Source of the DNA: Candidatus Micrarchaeum sp.
GTDB taxonomy: Archaea; SpSt-1190; DYHY01
DNA: 64,000 nt
Reading direction: 5' to 3'
NCBI GenBank assembly: GCA_020723935.1
Contig: DYHY01000002.1
Span: 31,465 to 95,464 of the forward strand
The position numbers and the translations under genes were made by a program. Below the pieces are notes generated by a model. The model had not been told where the DNA came from. It saw only the letters and a list, made by a program, of their open reading frames with translations, and searched no databases. Below, one piece after another: positions 48,693 to 58,651 of this stretch (position 1 is the first letter of the stretch; the number at the start of each line of letters is the position of its first letter).

Positions 48693-48853
48693 GAATCCGC
48701 GGCGCGAAGGAAGCGCAAGCGGAGCCCGGGAAGGGGACCGGGCTCCGCGCAAGTTATTTTTCCTGTTTTTTTTTTTCCTGCGGAAAAATATATTTTTCCG
48801 CGCGCGCGGATGCGACAAACATAAAAGGCCGCGCGGATTGGTGCGAGACAGTC

Positions 48854-49966
48854 ATGGAACACAGGAAAAAATATGACGCTCAGAACGAATTCCCACCCGC
48901 CGACACCGCGCAGAGGAAGACGAAACATTATCACAACGGATTCATGGACGGCCTGAAGCCCACCGTCTCCCTGGACCTGGGGAAGTGCGCGACGGTGGAC
49001 GACGTCGTGCGCGGCATGTCGAGCACCAGCTTCGGCGGACGGGAGGTGGGCGAGGCCGCCGACGTCCTCGAGGCCATGGCGAGGGACAGGGACTGCTTCA
49101 AGGTCCTCACGCTTTCGGGCGCGATGACGGTGGCCAAGATGAGCCTCGTCATCTGCGACATGATAGACAACAAGATGGTGGATGCGGTCGTCTCCACCGG
49201 CGCGCTCATGGCGCACGGCTTCGTCGAGAGTGCGGGGATGACGCACTTCAAGTACGACCCGAGGATGGACGACAAGAAGCTCTACCAGCTGGGATACAAC
49301 AGGGTCTACGACACGATAGAGCTCGAGGAGAACCTGGACGACATCGAGGAGATAGTCCGCAAGGTCCTTGACGGCGTCCCCGCGGGGGAGCCGCTCTGTA
49401 GCCACAGGATAAACAGGCTCCTAGGCGAATACCTCGTCAGAACTTCCGCCAAGTCCGCGAGGGGCGTCCTCAAGTCGGCGGTTCTCAAGGGCGTCCCCGT
49501 CTACGTCCCGGCCTTCACCGACTCGGAGCTGGGCCTCGACTTCGGGATCTACCGGCGCAGGATGGAGCTAGCCGGGAAGAAGCCGGCGGAGTACAACCCG
49601 TTCCTTGACCTCGAGGACTACACCGAGCGCGTCAGGACGTCGAAGAAGCTGGGCATATTCACCATCGGGGGTGGCGTGCCGCGCAACTGGGCGCAGCAGG
49701 TCGGGCCCTACCTTGACATAATCCAGACCAGGATCGGGCAGGGAGGGGCATTCAAGAGGTTCCACTACGCGGTCAGGATCTGCCCGGAGCCCGTCCACTG
49801 GGGCGGCCTCTCGGGCTGCACGTATTCGGAGGGGGTTTCCTGGGGCAAGTTCGTCCCCGCATCCGAAGGCGGGATGCAGTGCGAGGTCCATTCGGACGCC
49901 ACGGTCGCCTGGCCGTTCGTGGTGAAGGCCGTCCTGGAGAGGCTGGAAAAGAAGCCGGCCAAGTGA
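48854..49966 (+). CDS. dys: Deoxyhypusine synthase
   Basis: Internal ATG of ORF 48509. Motifs GGGVPRNWAQQ, SWGK and FTIGGG. The ORF portion upstream of that ATG looks non-coding. Confidence 0.85.
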   Translation: MEHRKKYDAQNEFPPADTAQRKTKHYHNGFMDGLKPTVSLDLGKCATVDDVVRGMSSTSFGGREVGEAADVLEAMARDRDCFKVLTLSGAMTVAKMSLVICDMIDNKMVDAVVSTGALMAHGFVESAGMTHFKYDPRMDDKKLYQLGYNRVYDTIELEENLDDIEEIVRKVLDGVPAGEPLCSHRINRLLGEYLVRTSAKSARGVLKSAVLKGVPVYVPAFTDSELGLDFGIYRRRMELAGKKPAEYNPFLDLEDYTERVRTSKKLGIFTIGGGVPRNWAQQVGPYLDIIQTRIGQGGAFKRFHYAVRICPEPVHWGGLSGCTYSEGVSWGKFVPASEGGMQCEVHSDATVAWPFVVKAVLERLEKKPAK

Positions 49967-50038
49967 GAAAGGAGCCCTTCCCCCAAGAAAGCCCGCCGGC
50001 TCCGCAGAGCCCTCATCGGAGGGGCACTTGCGCCCAAC

Positions 50039-51361
50039 TCATTGAGACGCTTGAGCGGATGGTGCAAGCTTGCACGCGCGATAGACCGTCTGGAACGCGC
50101 CGGAAAGGTTCGGGTTCTCGAACAGCGAGCGCTTCTGCATCCTGAGGAGGTCCTCTTCCATGGAGGCGAGCTCCTCGAGGGGGTCTATAGGCAGGGTCCA
50201 GAGGGAATTGAGCGGCCCCCCGCGCCGCTCGAGGATCGCCGCGGCGAGGTTGAGCTCCTCGTGGAAGCCTATTGGTGGGAGGGAATACACAGGAAGGGGA
50301 TAGAAGCAGAGTTCGCTAGGCTTCGTTATCAGCACGTCCGCCCTCCTTATCTCGTGGTGGAGGGTGTCTATCCCATCCGTCCTGCTCTGGAACTTGGCGA
50401 CCCTCGTCCCTTCCGGGCCCCCGAGGCTTTCGAGGCGCGAGGCGGCCTCCGTGTGGTGGCCGACGTAGAAGACGATCTCGGGCCGCTTCCCCTTGTACTT
50501 GGTGTAGGAGGACAGGAGGGCCTCCATCTGCGGGAGCTGCGCGCCGGCCCCGCCCATCGCTATGACGTAGCGCGGAGGGCGCGACCCATCCCAATATTCC
50601 CAGTCAGAGGGGTTCCACGGCGCGCCCTTGATTGAGCGCGGGCTCACGGGCTGGCCGGTGATCGAGACGCGCCTCGCTGCGTCCTTGCCCGATATCCCGT
50701 AGACTGCGAGCGCCCGCACGACGTCCTCCTTGCTCCTCTTGGAGCCGACGAAATAGTTCTGCGTCTCCTTCCTCACGAAATGCGGATAGACGACGTCGTC
50801 CAGGGAGACGAAGGCGAGCCTGTTGGAATACTGCGGGTGCTTGGCGAGGACGTCGGCGGGGATGAAGTGCGCGGCGACGACGACCCCGTCCAGGTGCCTC
50901 TTCAGGCGGCCCTGCTCCACAATCCTGCGCGTCAGGAGCGATGCCGCGTCTAGGCGCGAGCTCGTGGCGAGCGAGCGCGAGGCGTCGTTCCAGCTGTACT
51001 GGAAGAAGAGGAGGCGCGAGAGGGATTCGTAGAGGTCGCGGGCGCACCACTCGATCAGGCGCGCCTGCACGCCTGAGAGCATCTCGGGAAAGTACACGAG
51101 CTTCGGGGCGAGGACCTCCTTCTCCGAGAGCAGCCCCCGCAGGTGCAGCTCGTCGTTCACTATCTGCGCGGCGTCGGCGATCGAGGAGGCTCCGCGGTAG
51201 TGGCCGTTCCCCGCGAGGAGGTAGATGACGTTGAAGACGAGGCGCCCCTTGGGCGAGGCCTTGACCGCGGAGGCTATCTCCTCGAGCCTGTCGTCGGAGA
51301 GGAAGTTGGAGAACTGGAAGCGCGGCGACTTGCTGCTCCCGTCCTTGTCGCTTTGGGCCAT
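50039..51361 (-). CDS. GT28/MGDG-synthase-like glycosyltransferase
   Basis: N-terminal LAGNGHYRGAS (like the GGGH region) and C-terminal ADVLITKPSEL ... IGFHEELN (Glyco_tran_28_C-like). Confidence 0.45.
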   Translation of the reverse strand: MAQSDKDGSSKSPRFQFSNFLSDDRLEEIASAVKASPKGRLVFNVIYLLAGNGHYRGASSIADAAQIVNDELHLRGLLSEKEVLAPKLVYFPEMLSGVQARLIEWCARDLYESLSRLLFFQYSWNDASRSLATSSRLDAASLLTRRIVEQGRLKRHLDGVVVAAHFIPADVLAKHPQYSNRLAFVSLDDVVYPHFVRKETQNYFVGSKRSKEDVVRALAVYGISGKDAARRVSITGQPVSPRSIKGAPWNPSDWEYWDGSRPPRYVIAMGGAGAQLPQMEALLSSYTKYKGKRPEIVFYVGHHTEAASRLESLGGPEGTRVAKFQSRTDGIDTLHHEIRRADVLITKPSELCFYPLPVYSLPPIGFHEELNLAAAILERRGGPLNSLWTLPIDPLEELASMEEDLLRMQKRSLFENPNLSGAFQTVYRACKLAPSAQASQ

Positions 51362-51510
51362 CTGCGGGTTTCGGGCGCTTTTTCTTGGTTTTAACCCTTT
51401 GTCCGGATGGACGCTACATTCACCGTTTTCCCGTGAAGGGGCTTTGGAGATTTTCCGGCAATCCTTCGACCCGCGGTACGGAAAAGTGCGAAGAGTGACG
51501 GAACGCTTAA

Positions 51511-52125
51511 ATGCGAAAAGGGAGCAGTGTGACGCGAGAAAGGGGAAGAGGGGGCTTGAACAGGCTAAGCTGGGACGACGTCTTGCCGCTGGTGCCGCTC
51601 ATTTCCAGGCCCGAGAGCGCGCTGGACGTCTGGCTGGCATACACCGGGAAGGGGGACAGGAAGAGGCTTTCCTACGACCTAGACGGCAGGGCGCCGGAGC
51701 TCTATTTCCCGGCGGCCGACGGCAAGTTCGTGGTCGTGAAGCTGGACCTGCGCGACTACGACGAGTCCGAGCGCGAGGAGCTTGTCGGCGGGCTGCTCGG
51801 CCGCGAGCCGAGCAGCTATGCGCAAGTCGCGGCAATGGGCCTCACGGCACTCATATCCAAGGTCTCCGACCTGGAGGCCGTGCGGGACTGCCAGCAGATG
51901 CCCGACGTGATATGCGACGACGCCGGGGACGCGCTCAGGGAGCTCTTCCCGAAAGCAACGGCCGAATACGACTGGCATAAGCGCGAGTACGTCTTTTCGG
52001 CCGGGGGCGAGCAGAGGGCGGTCCTGATGAACGGGAGCCTCGGGGAATACGAAGCCGTCCGCGAAATCAAGAGGCGGGAGAAGGAGTCTGTCTACAACGT
52101 CCAGATCCTCGGCCTGGGGCCTTAG
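51511..52125 (+). CDS. Hypothetical protein
   Basis: 204-aa acidic protein. Start uncertain. Confidence 0.35.
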   Translation: MRKGSSVTRERGRGGLNRLSWDDVLPLVPLISRPESALDVWLAYTGKGDRKRLSYDLDGRAPELYFPAADGKFVVVKLDLRDYDESEREELVGGLLGREPSSYAQVAAMGLTALISKVSDLEAVRDCQQMPDVICDDAGDALRELFPKATAEYDWHKREYVFSAGGEQRAVLMNGSLGEYEAVREIKRREKESVYNVQILGLGP

Positions 52126-52185
52126 GAAGGCCGTCCGGGGGAGGGGGAAGTTTTTTAGCGGGGGGCTCCGCGGCCTCCCTGCACA

Positions 52186-52449
52186 ATGGCCCCCCCGTCA
52201 CTCGAGCAGGAGATAATAGAGTCCACCTTCGGAGACATCCTGCGGGCGATCTCCCAGGGCAGGACATCGGATGCCAGGGCCCTCGTCCCGAGGATGCGCG
52301 AGGCCCTCGATCGGATGGATGCCGGCGCCCTGGACGAGACGACCGACTGGCTTTCCGAGCAGCTCGCCAGGATAGACGATCCGGACCTCTTCGACAAAAC
52401 CCTCGAGTTCATGGTCGAGCACGACCTCGCCGAGTCGGAAGCGGGCTGA
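52186..52449 (+). CDS. Small acidic hypothetical protein
   Basis: 87 aa, Asp/Glu-rich. Confidence 0.35.
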   Translation: MAPPSLEQEIIESTFGDILRAISQGRTSDARALVPRMREALDRMDAGALDETTDWLSEQLARIDDPDLFDKTLEFMVEHDLAESEAG

Positions 52450-52502
52450 AGCGCGAAAAAAGAAGATAATTTTCCGGCAAATGGAGGAGCCGGGCTTTCC
52501 GG

Positions 52503-52571
52503 CTTACTTGGTTTCCCGGAGCCCCCCGCCGAGGACTTGACTCGTTCACTCACTTACTTGGTTTCCCGGAG
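52503..52571. repeat. 19-nt direct repeat (cttacttggtttcccggag x2, about 30-nt spacer) overlapping the 3' end of rps10
   Basis: Copy 2 (52553–52571) encodes the S10 C-terminus RETK plus its stop codon. Copy 1 (52503–52521) duplicates it just downstream. Confidence 0.8.
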
Positions 52572-52868
52572 TTCAATCTCGATATTGACCCCTTCCGGGA
52601 CGTGGAGGCGCATGATCTGGCGCATCGCGCGGTCGTCGACGCCCAGGTCGACGAGCCGTTTGTGCACGCGCATCTCCCACCTCTCCCAGGTCATCGTGCC
52701 CTCTCCGTCCGGCGACTTTAGCGTCGTGATCTTGAGCTTCTTCGTCGGAAGGGGCACGGGCCCGGAAACCTTGACTCCCGTCTTGAGGGCGATGTCCTTG
52801 ATCTGGGTGCCTATTCCGTCGAGTACCTTCGGATCGGCTCCAGACAGCTTTATTCTCGCCCTCTGCAT
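52554..52868 (-). CDS. rps10: 30S ribosomal protein S10
   Basis: [17 protein letters not shown] ... VHKRLVDL ... canonical S10 sequence. Confidence 0.92.
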   Translation of the reverse strand: MQRARIKLSGADPKVLDGIGTQIKDIALKTGVKVSGPVPLPTKKLKITTLKSPDGEGTMTWERWEMRVHKRLVDLGVDDRAMRQIMRLHVPEGVNIEIELRETK

Positions 52869-52910
52869 GTTCTGTTTTTGGTCTCCGGGTTTCCCTGCTT
52901 ATCCTCAATC

Positions 52911-54182
52911 CTAATCCTTCTTGGGCACGAGGTCAATTACCATCCCGGCGGCGACCGTCTGGCCCATGTCGCGGATGGCGAATCTGCCGAGCGGCGGGAA
53001 GTCCTTGGCCTTTTCCAGGCAGAAGGGCTTGAGCGGCACGCACTTTATGACCGCGACGTCGCCCGTCTTGATGAAGTCTGGATGCTCCTGCGCGACCTGC
53101 CCCGTCTTCGGGTCAATCTTCTTCACTAGCTCGGTCACCGTGCAGGCTATCTGCGCGGTGTGGGCGTGGAAGACGGGTGTGTATCCCTTGGCGATGACCG
53201 TCGGGTGGTTGAGCACGACTATCTGCGCCGTGAACTCGCTCACCACCGTGGGCGGATTGTCCGGCGTCCCCGCGACATCGCCGCGGTGTACGTCGTTCTT
53301 CCCTATCCCCTTGACGGAGAAGCCGATGTTGTCGCCGGGCCCCGCCTCGGGCAGCTGCTCGTGGTGCATCTCGATGGACTTCACCTCGCCCTTTATCTCG
53401 CTGGGCATGATGATTATCGTCTGGTTGGGCTTGAGGACCCCGGTCTCGACCCTTCCCACCGGGACGGTGCCGATCCCCGTGATCGTGTAGGCTTCCTGGA
53501 TGGGCAGCCTCAGGGGCCGATCCCTTGGCTTTTCGGGCGGCGAGAACATGTCGCACGCATCCAGGAGCGCCGGCCCGTTGTACCACGGGAAGTTGGCGCT
53601 CTTCTTGGTCACGTTGTCGCCCTTGAGGCCCGAGATCGGGATGAACTTTATCTCCTCGGGCTTGTAGCCAATGGACTTTAGTATCTCGCTCACGGCGGCC
53701 TTGGTCTTGTTGAAGGCGTCCTGGGAGTAGTTTTCGCGGTCGAGCTTGTTCACCGCTATTATGAGCTGCTTTATGCCCAGGGTCCTTGCGAGGAAGATGT
53801 GCTCCTTGGTCTGTGCCTGCGGGCCTTCCACCGCCGAGACGACGAGGACCGCGGCGTCCGCCTGGGAGACGCCCGTGATCATGTTCTTGACGAAATCGCG
53901 ATGGCCCGGCGCGTCAATGATCGTGTAGTAGTACTTGGACGACTCGAACTTCCTGTGCGCTAGGTCGATCGTCATGCCGCGCTGGCGCTCCTCCTTGAGG
54001 GCGTCCATCACGTACGCGAGCTCGGTCCCTTCCATGCCGAACTCCTTGGCCTTCTCCTGGAGCTTCTTCATGTCGCCCTCGGAGACTGCCCCCGTTTCGA
54101 AGAGTATCCTTCCTACTGTCGTGCTCTTTCCGTGGTCCACGTGCCCGATAAAGATCAGGTTCATGTGCGGTTTGTTTGCCAT
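52911..54182 (-). CDS. tuf: Translation elongation factor 1-alpha (aEF-1α)
   Basis: [17 protein letters not shown] and NKLD GTPase motifs. Archaeal EF-1α domains II and III. Ends VPKKD then TAG. Confidence 0.95.
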   Translation of the reverse strand: MANKPHMNLIFIGHVDHGKSTTVGRILFETGAVSEGDMKKLQEKAKEFGMEGTELAYVMDALKEERQRGMTIDLAHRKFESSKYYYTIIDAPGHRDFVKNMITGVSQADAAVLVVSAVEGPQAQTKEHIFLARTLGIKQLIIAVNKLDRENYSQDAFNKTKAAVSEILKSIGYKPEEIKFIPISGLKGDNVTKKSANFPWYNGPALLDACDMFSPPEKPRDRPLRLPIQEAYTITGIGTVPVGRVETGVLKPNQTIIIMPSEIKGEVKSIEMHHEQLPEAGPGDNIGFSVKGIGKNDVHRGDVAGTPDNPPTVVSEFTAQIVVLNHPTVIAKGYTPVFHAHTAQIACTVTELVKKIDPKTGQVAQEHPDFIKTGDVAVIKCVPLKPFCLEKAKDFPPLGRFAIRDMGQTVAAGMVIDLVPKKD

Positions 54183-54264
54183 TTTTCCACCTGTTAGGTT
54201 TAGGGGACCCTGCGGGAACCATTTAAAAAGGTTTTCATGAGGTTTCTGGTGCTAGGAGAGCCGA

Positions 54265-54966
54265 ATGGACGCGAAAAAGACTGCCTTTGCCGTTGTGGGG
54301 GTGGCGCTCTACATAGGCATGTTCTTCCTCCTCTACAAGGTATTCATCGACAAGGCGGCGATACTGGATTTCGCGGAGGACCGGGCGGTACTCGGGCCGA
54401 CCCTCATAATAGTCCTCCACCTCGTCCAGAGCGTCGTGTTCTTCCTCCCGGGGAGCACTGTCTCGATAGCGGCCGGATACCTGTTCGGGATGTGGAAGGG
54501 CTTCCTCCTTAACCTGATAGGGACCACCGTGGGAACGGCCATCCTCTTCGTCGTGGCGCGCAGGGCGAGCCGCTTCTTCGGCTATTCCAGGATCGTGACC
54601 ATGGAGATAGGGTTCCTGAAGGAGATCTTCAGGAAGACCCACTCGAGGAAGCTTGCGTACATGATAGGGAGGGGGCTGCCGATGGTCCCGGGAGACACCG
54701 TCACTGTCTTCGTCGCCTCCTTCACCAAGAACGGCTTCCAGGAATACACGATCTTCTCGACCCTGGGCGCGATGCCAAAGCTCCTCCTGGACACATTCAC
54801 CGGATACGTGATCTTCAAGTACGGGTTCTTCGGATTCCCGACCCTCGTCACGGTCGCGGCGATCTGCGTCATCCTTGTCGCAGGTTTCATCTGGCAAGCG
54901 AGGGAGCAGAAGCGCGAGAAGATGCGCCTCGCAAGGGCTGCGGCCCGCTGGAAGCGGAAAAAATAG
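54265..54966 (+). CDS. DedA/TVP38-family membrane protein
   Basis: FFLPGSTVSIAAGYLFG DedA signature. 5–6 TM helices. Confidence 0.7.
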   Translation: MDAKKTAFAVVGVALYIGMFFLLYKVFIDKAAILDFAEDRAVLGPTLIIVLHLVQSVVFFLPGSTVSIAAGYLFGMWKGFLLNLIGTTVGTAILFVVARRASRFFGYSRIVTMEIGFLKEIFRKTHSRKLAYMIGRGLPMVPGDTVTVFVASFTKNGFQEYTIFSTLGAMPKLLLDTFTGYVIFKYGFFGFPTLVTVAAICVILVAGFIWQAREQKREKMRLARAAARWKRKK

Positions 54967-54993
54967 AAGAGGGGGGAAGGCGGGAAGGAATTC

Positions 54994-57180
54994 CTATTCC
55001 TTCGTCTCCTCTTCCTCGACCTTGAGGCCCTTCCTCTTCCTTATTTCCGTGACGACCTGCTCGGTGAGGTTCTTGGGGAGCATCTCGAAGCGGCTGTCGA
55101 CGAGGCTCCAGAAGCCGCGCCCCTGGGTCACCGACCTCAGGTCCGTCGTGAACCCGAACATTCCCCCGACCGGGACGTCCGCGAGGATCACCGCGCTCCC
55201 ACTCTCGTCCGTGATCTCGAGGATCTTGCCGCGCCTCGACTGGAGGAGGGCCGTCGCCGATCCCATCGCCTCGTGCGGGACGTCCACGCGCACCTTCTGT
55301 ATCGGCTCAAGGAGCCTGGGCTGCGCGCGGTAGAATGACTCCTTTATCGCGTCGCGCACGGCAGGTATTATCTGCGCCGGGCCCCGATGGATGCCGTCCT
55401 CGTGCAGCGTACAGTCCATGAGCTTCACGACAACCGCCTCGCACTTCTCCTTGGCAAGCGGCCCCTGGTCGACGACGTTCTTCCATCCTTCCAGGACCGT
55501 GTCGATGACCTCGGGGAGGTGCACCTGGCCGCGCGTGAGGTCGATGAAGAAGTTGCCTTTGTAGATCTCCACCACCTTCTTCGCGACGTCCTTATCCCAT
55601 CCGAGCTCCACGAGCTTCTGGACCAGGGCGAGGTCCTTTTGCTTGATCTTGGTGTCGTAGATGTCGCCGTCCTGGTAGGCCTTGTATATCGCCTCGGGCA
55701 CGCGGTCCACTATTATGTAGAACTTGTTGTGCTTGTTGGGCGACTTGCCCTCCGCCTCGAGGCCCGCTGAGGAGACCGTCTCGCGGTAGACCACGATCGG
55801 CTCGGAGACGTTCACCTGGACCTTCCAGTCCCTCTCCAGGCGCGTCTGCCAGACGTCGAGGTGCAGCTCGCCGAGGCCCGCCCAGAGGTATTCGCCCGTC
55901 TCCTCGTCTATGAAGACCTTGAGCGTCGTGTCCTCGCGCGCTATCGACTTGAGTGCCTCAATGAGCTTGGGGAGGTCTTGCGGGTTCTTGGGCTCTATCG
56001 CCTTTGTCACGACCGGGTCGAACGCGTGCTTTATCGCCTCAAAGGGCTCGATTATCTCGTTGCAGACCGTCTCCCCGGCGTCGGCGTTCTTCATCCCGAC
56101 AAGGGCGACGAGGTTCCCGGAGGGGATCGCGTCGACGAGGAGCCTGAAGGGCCCCTTGTAAATCCCCACCTGCTGGACGACCTCCGTCTGCTTGGCTCCT
56201 ATGAGGTTGATTGTCTGCCCGGCGCGTATCGTGCCCGAGTAGAGCCGTACGGCCGAGACCGACCCAGCGTGCGGGTCGCTTATGACCTTCGTGACGACGC
56301 CCACCATCGGGCCGCTGGGATCGCACGCTATGAGCGCCTTCCCGACGGGGCTCTCGATGTCCCCGTGCCAGATCCTGGGGATGCGGTACTTCTGCGCCGC
56401 CACCGGGTCCGGGAGGTGGCGGATGACCATTTGCAGGAACGTCTGGGTGAGCGGGATCTGCTTGTGGAGGTCGTCTTGCTTGTTCTCCTCTATCGCCTTG
56501 ATTATCTGGGCGAATCCGATGCCCTTCTCCTTCATGACCTGGACGTTTATCGCCCATTTCTGGTATGCGGAGCCGAAGGAGACGCTCCCTTCCTCTATCG
56601 AGATGCGCCACATGTTCTTGTACTCGTCGGGCGCGAACTTGTAGATTATCTCGTTCACGTTCTGGATGATCTTGATGAACTGCTTCTGCATTATCTCGGG
56701 CGTGAGCTTGAGCTCGCGCACGTACCTGTCCACCTTGTTGATGAAGAGGACGGGCTTTGCGCGCTCCTTGAGCGCCGCGCGCAGGACCGCCTCCGTCTGG
56801 GGCATCACGCCCTCGACGGCGTCGCAGAGGACGACCGCGCCGTCCACGGCCCGAAGGGCCCTCGTGACCTCGCCGCCGAAGTCGACGTGGCCGGGCGTGT
56901 CTATGAGGTTGATGAGGTAGTGCTTGTCGCCGTACTCCTGGATCATCGACACGTTGGCCGACTTTATCGTTATTCCCCTCTTCTGCTCTATCTCGTCGTA
57001 GTCGGTCCAGGTCTGGTTCCCGGCCATCTCGTCGGAGATTATCCCCGCGCCCGCGAGGAGGTTGTCTGTGCAGGTCGTCTTGCCGTGGTCAACGTGCGCG
57101 ACGATCCCGATGTTCCTGATGAGCGTGGGCTGAGCCATGAGGATCAGCGTTTTTTCCTTGACTTCGGCTTGCGTTGCCAT
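54994..57180 (-). CDS. fusA: Translation elongation factor 2 (aEF-2)
   Basis: AHVDHGKTT, DTPGHVDF and NKVD motifs. 728 aa, with the diphthamide-region His characteristic of the archaeal and eukaryotic type. Confidence 0.95.
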   Translation of the reverse strand: MATQAEVKEKTLILMAQPTLIRNIGIVAHVDHGKTTCTDNLLAGAGIISDEMAGNQTWTDYDEIEQKRGITIKSANVSMIQEYGDKHYLINLIDTPGHVDFGGEVTRALRAVDGAVVLCDAVEGVMPQTEAVLRAALKERAKPVLFINKVDRYVRELKLTPEIMQKQFIKIIQNVNEIIYKFAPDEYKNMWRISIEEGSVSFGSAYQKWAINVQVMKEKGIGFAQIIKAIEENKQDDLHKQIPLTQTFLQMVIRHLPDPVAAQKYRIPRIWHGDIESPVGKALIACDPSGPMVGVVTKVISDPHAGSVSAVRLYSGTIRAGQTINLIGAKQTEVVQQVGIYKGPFRLLVDAIPSGNLVALVGMKNADAGETVCNEIIEPFEAIKHAFDPVVTKAIEPKNPQDLPKLIEALKSIAREDTTLKVFIDEETGEYLWAGLGELHLDVWQTRLERDWKVQVNVSEPIVVYRETVSSAGLEAEGKSPNKHNKFYIIVDRVPEAIYKAYQDGDIYDTKIKQKDLALVQKLVELGWDKDVAKKVVEIYKGNFFIDLTRGQVHLPEVIDTVLEGWKNVVDQGPLAKEKCEAVVVKLMDCTLHEDGIHRGPAQIIPAVRDAIKESFYRAQPRLLEPIQKVRVDVPHEAMGSATALLQSRRGKILEITDESGSAVILADVPVGGMFGFTTDLRSVTQGRGFWSLVDSRFEMLPKNLTEQVVTEIRKRKGLKVEEEETKE

Positions 57181-57256
57181 TATCCTATCGCAAAGGGGAC
57201 TCAGAGGGCGGTTTTTAAACCTTCGGGAGCCGTCAAAGGACGCGTTTTCCGGATGC

Positions 57257-58651
57257 TCAGTACAACTCCCCCAGGGTCCTTTCCATTTCCCTCTCCCGGG
57301 CGATTGCGTTCTCTAGGTCTATCCTGAAATAGTGGTCCTGCGCCGGCCGTTCCAGGTAGAGGGCCATCGCGACGGCGGTCCTCGCGGGATCCTCGGCCTC
57401 GCGCAGGGACGGCGAGAGGACGCTCACAATGGTTTCTCGCATCTCTTGCAAGTTCATGTAGAGTGCCTTCCCGTCCGCCGCGGCCTTTCCCTGGGAAATA
57501 AGTATCCCCCTGCTCTTGGGCCGCGCCTTGACCGTCAATTGCGAGCCCCCCAGTCCCGAGACGAATGCGGCGGTCCCCGCCGCCGAAAGGATGCGGAAAT
57601 AGTCGCGGGGCGTAGCCCCTTCCGCAAGCCCGATCTCGGCGGAAAGGACGTATCCGGCCTCCGACCCCTTCCCGTAGACGTCCACGAAGAAGGGGAGGAG
57701 GATCGAGGGGTCCGTCAGAGTCGCGAGGCCCTTGCCGCCCGCGTACAGGTCCATCGGACGGCCGTCCGAGAAGTGGAACTCCTCGCCAGAGCGCGCGAGC
57801 GCTTCGAGGCCCGCCGTGGGACCTATGAACACCGAATAGAGGCCGGGCCGCCTCCGGCAAGCCTTCGGCGCGGCGGGCGCGCTTTTCGTCGGGAGCGTCC
57901 CGACGGAGGCATTCTCGGGGGCCTTATAGGGGACGATCACGCGGGAGCCAGAATATCTCACGAGCGGGATTACTATCTCCCCGTCCCCTCCGGACACGCC
58001 CTGCGCCGAAAGCACCTCGCTTGCGACTATCTCGTAGAGCGCGCCCACCCCGTTGAGGAGATTCACCGCCTTCTGCCTTTCGACCCGGTCGGAGGGGTCC
58101 GAAAGCCTCACGGAGAACTCGGTCGCGACGCGGAAGGATTCCTCGGCGCGCCTCTCGCCGTCGGGGTATTTGGGCTCTATCACCGAGAATACGCGGCCCA
58201 GGTCGGAGAGGCCCTCGTCCCAGGTGTTGAGAGCCTGCGCGATGGATGCGCCCAGAGTCCCCCCATCGTCCGCAGGCTTCCCAAGGAGAGACTGCCTCGG
58301 ATATGGGTTGTAGGCTTCCACGCTGAATTCGCCGGACATCGTGACTGCCTTCCCGGCGCCGCGGAGGCGCTCGACCTTGAGGCGCGCCGAGGGGAAGAAG
58401 TCGGCTGCGGCCGACCTGGGATCTATGTTGTAGACCTCTATCGGCGAGGCGTCGGGGCGGGCGAAATCGGAATACACCTGCGAGAAGTCCAAGCCTATCG
58501 ACGCGTTGGCTGCCAAGTTCCCCCGTTTCCCAGGGGGATGCGGGCGTCCCGGCTTTAAACTGTTTCGCGCCGGAGGGCCTCCCCGGGACAAGTTTTTTGA
58601 ACTGTCCGCGGCCGGGGAGTGCCAGGATTGTGGACGGAAAGGCTTCCGCAT
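57257..58651 (-). CDS. Hypothetical protein, inserted between rps7 and fusA
   Basis: 464-aa ORF. The C-terminal 350 aa are protein-like and the N-terminal 100 aa are doubtful. Confidence 0.4.
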   Translation of the reverse strand: MRKPFRPQSWHSPAADSSKNLSRGGPPARNSLKPGRPHPPGKRGNLAANASIGLDFSQVYSDFARPDASPIEVYNIDPRSAAADFFPSARLKVERLRGAGKAVTMSGEFSVEAYNPYPRQSLLGKPADDGGTLGASIAQALNTWDEGLSDLGRVFSVIEPKYPDGERRAEESFRVATEFSVRLSDPSDRVERQKAVNLLNGVGALYEIVASEVLSAQGVSGGDGEIVIPLVRYSGSRVIVPYKAPENASVGTLPTKSAPAAPKACRRRPGLYSVFIGPTAGLEALARSGEEFHFSDGRPMDLYAGGKGLATLTDPSILLPFFVDVYGKGSEAGYVLSAEIGLAEGATPRDYFRILSAAGTAAFVSGLGGSQLTVKARPKSRGILISQGKAAADGKALYMNLQEMRETIVSVLSPSLREAEDPARTAVAMALYLERPAQDHYFRIDLENAIAREREMERTLGELY

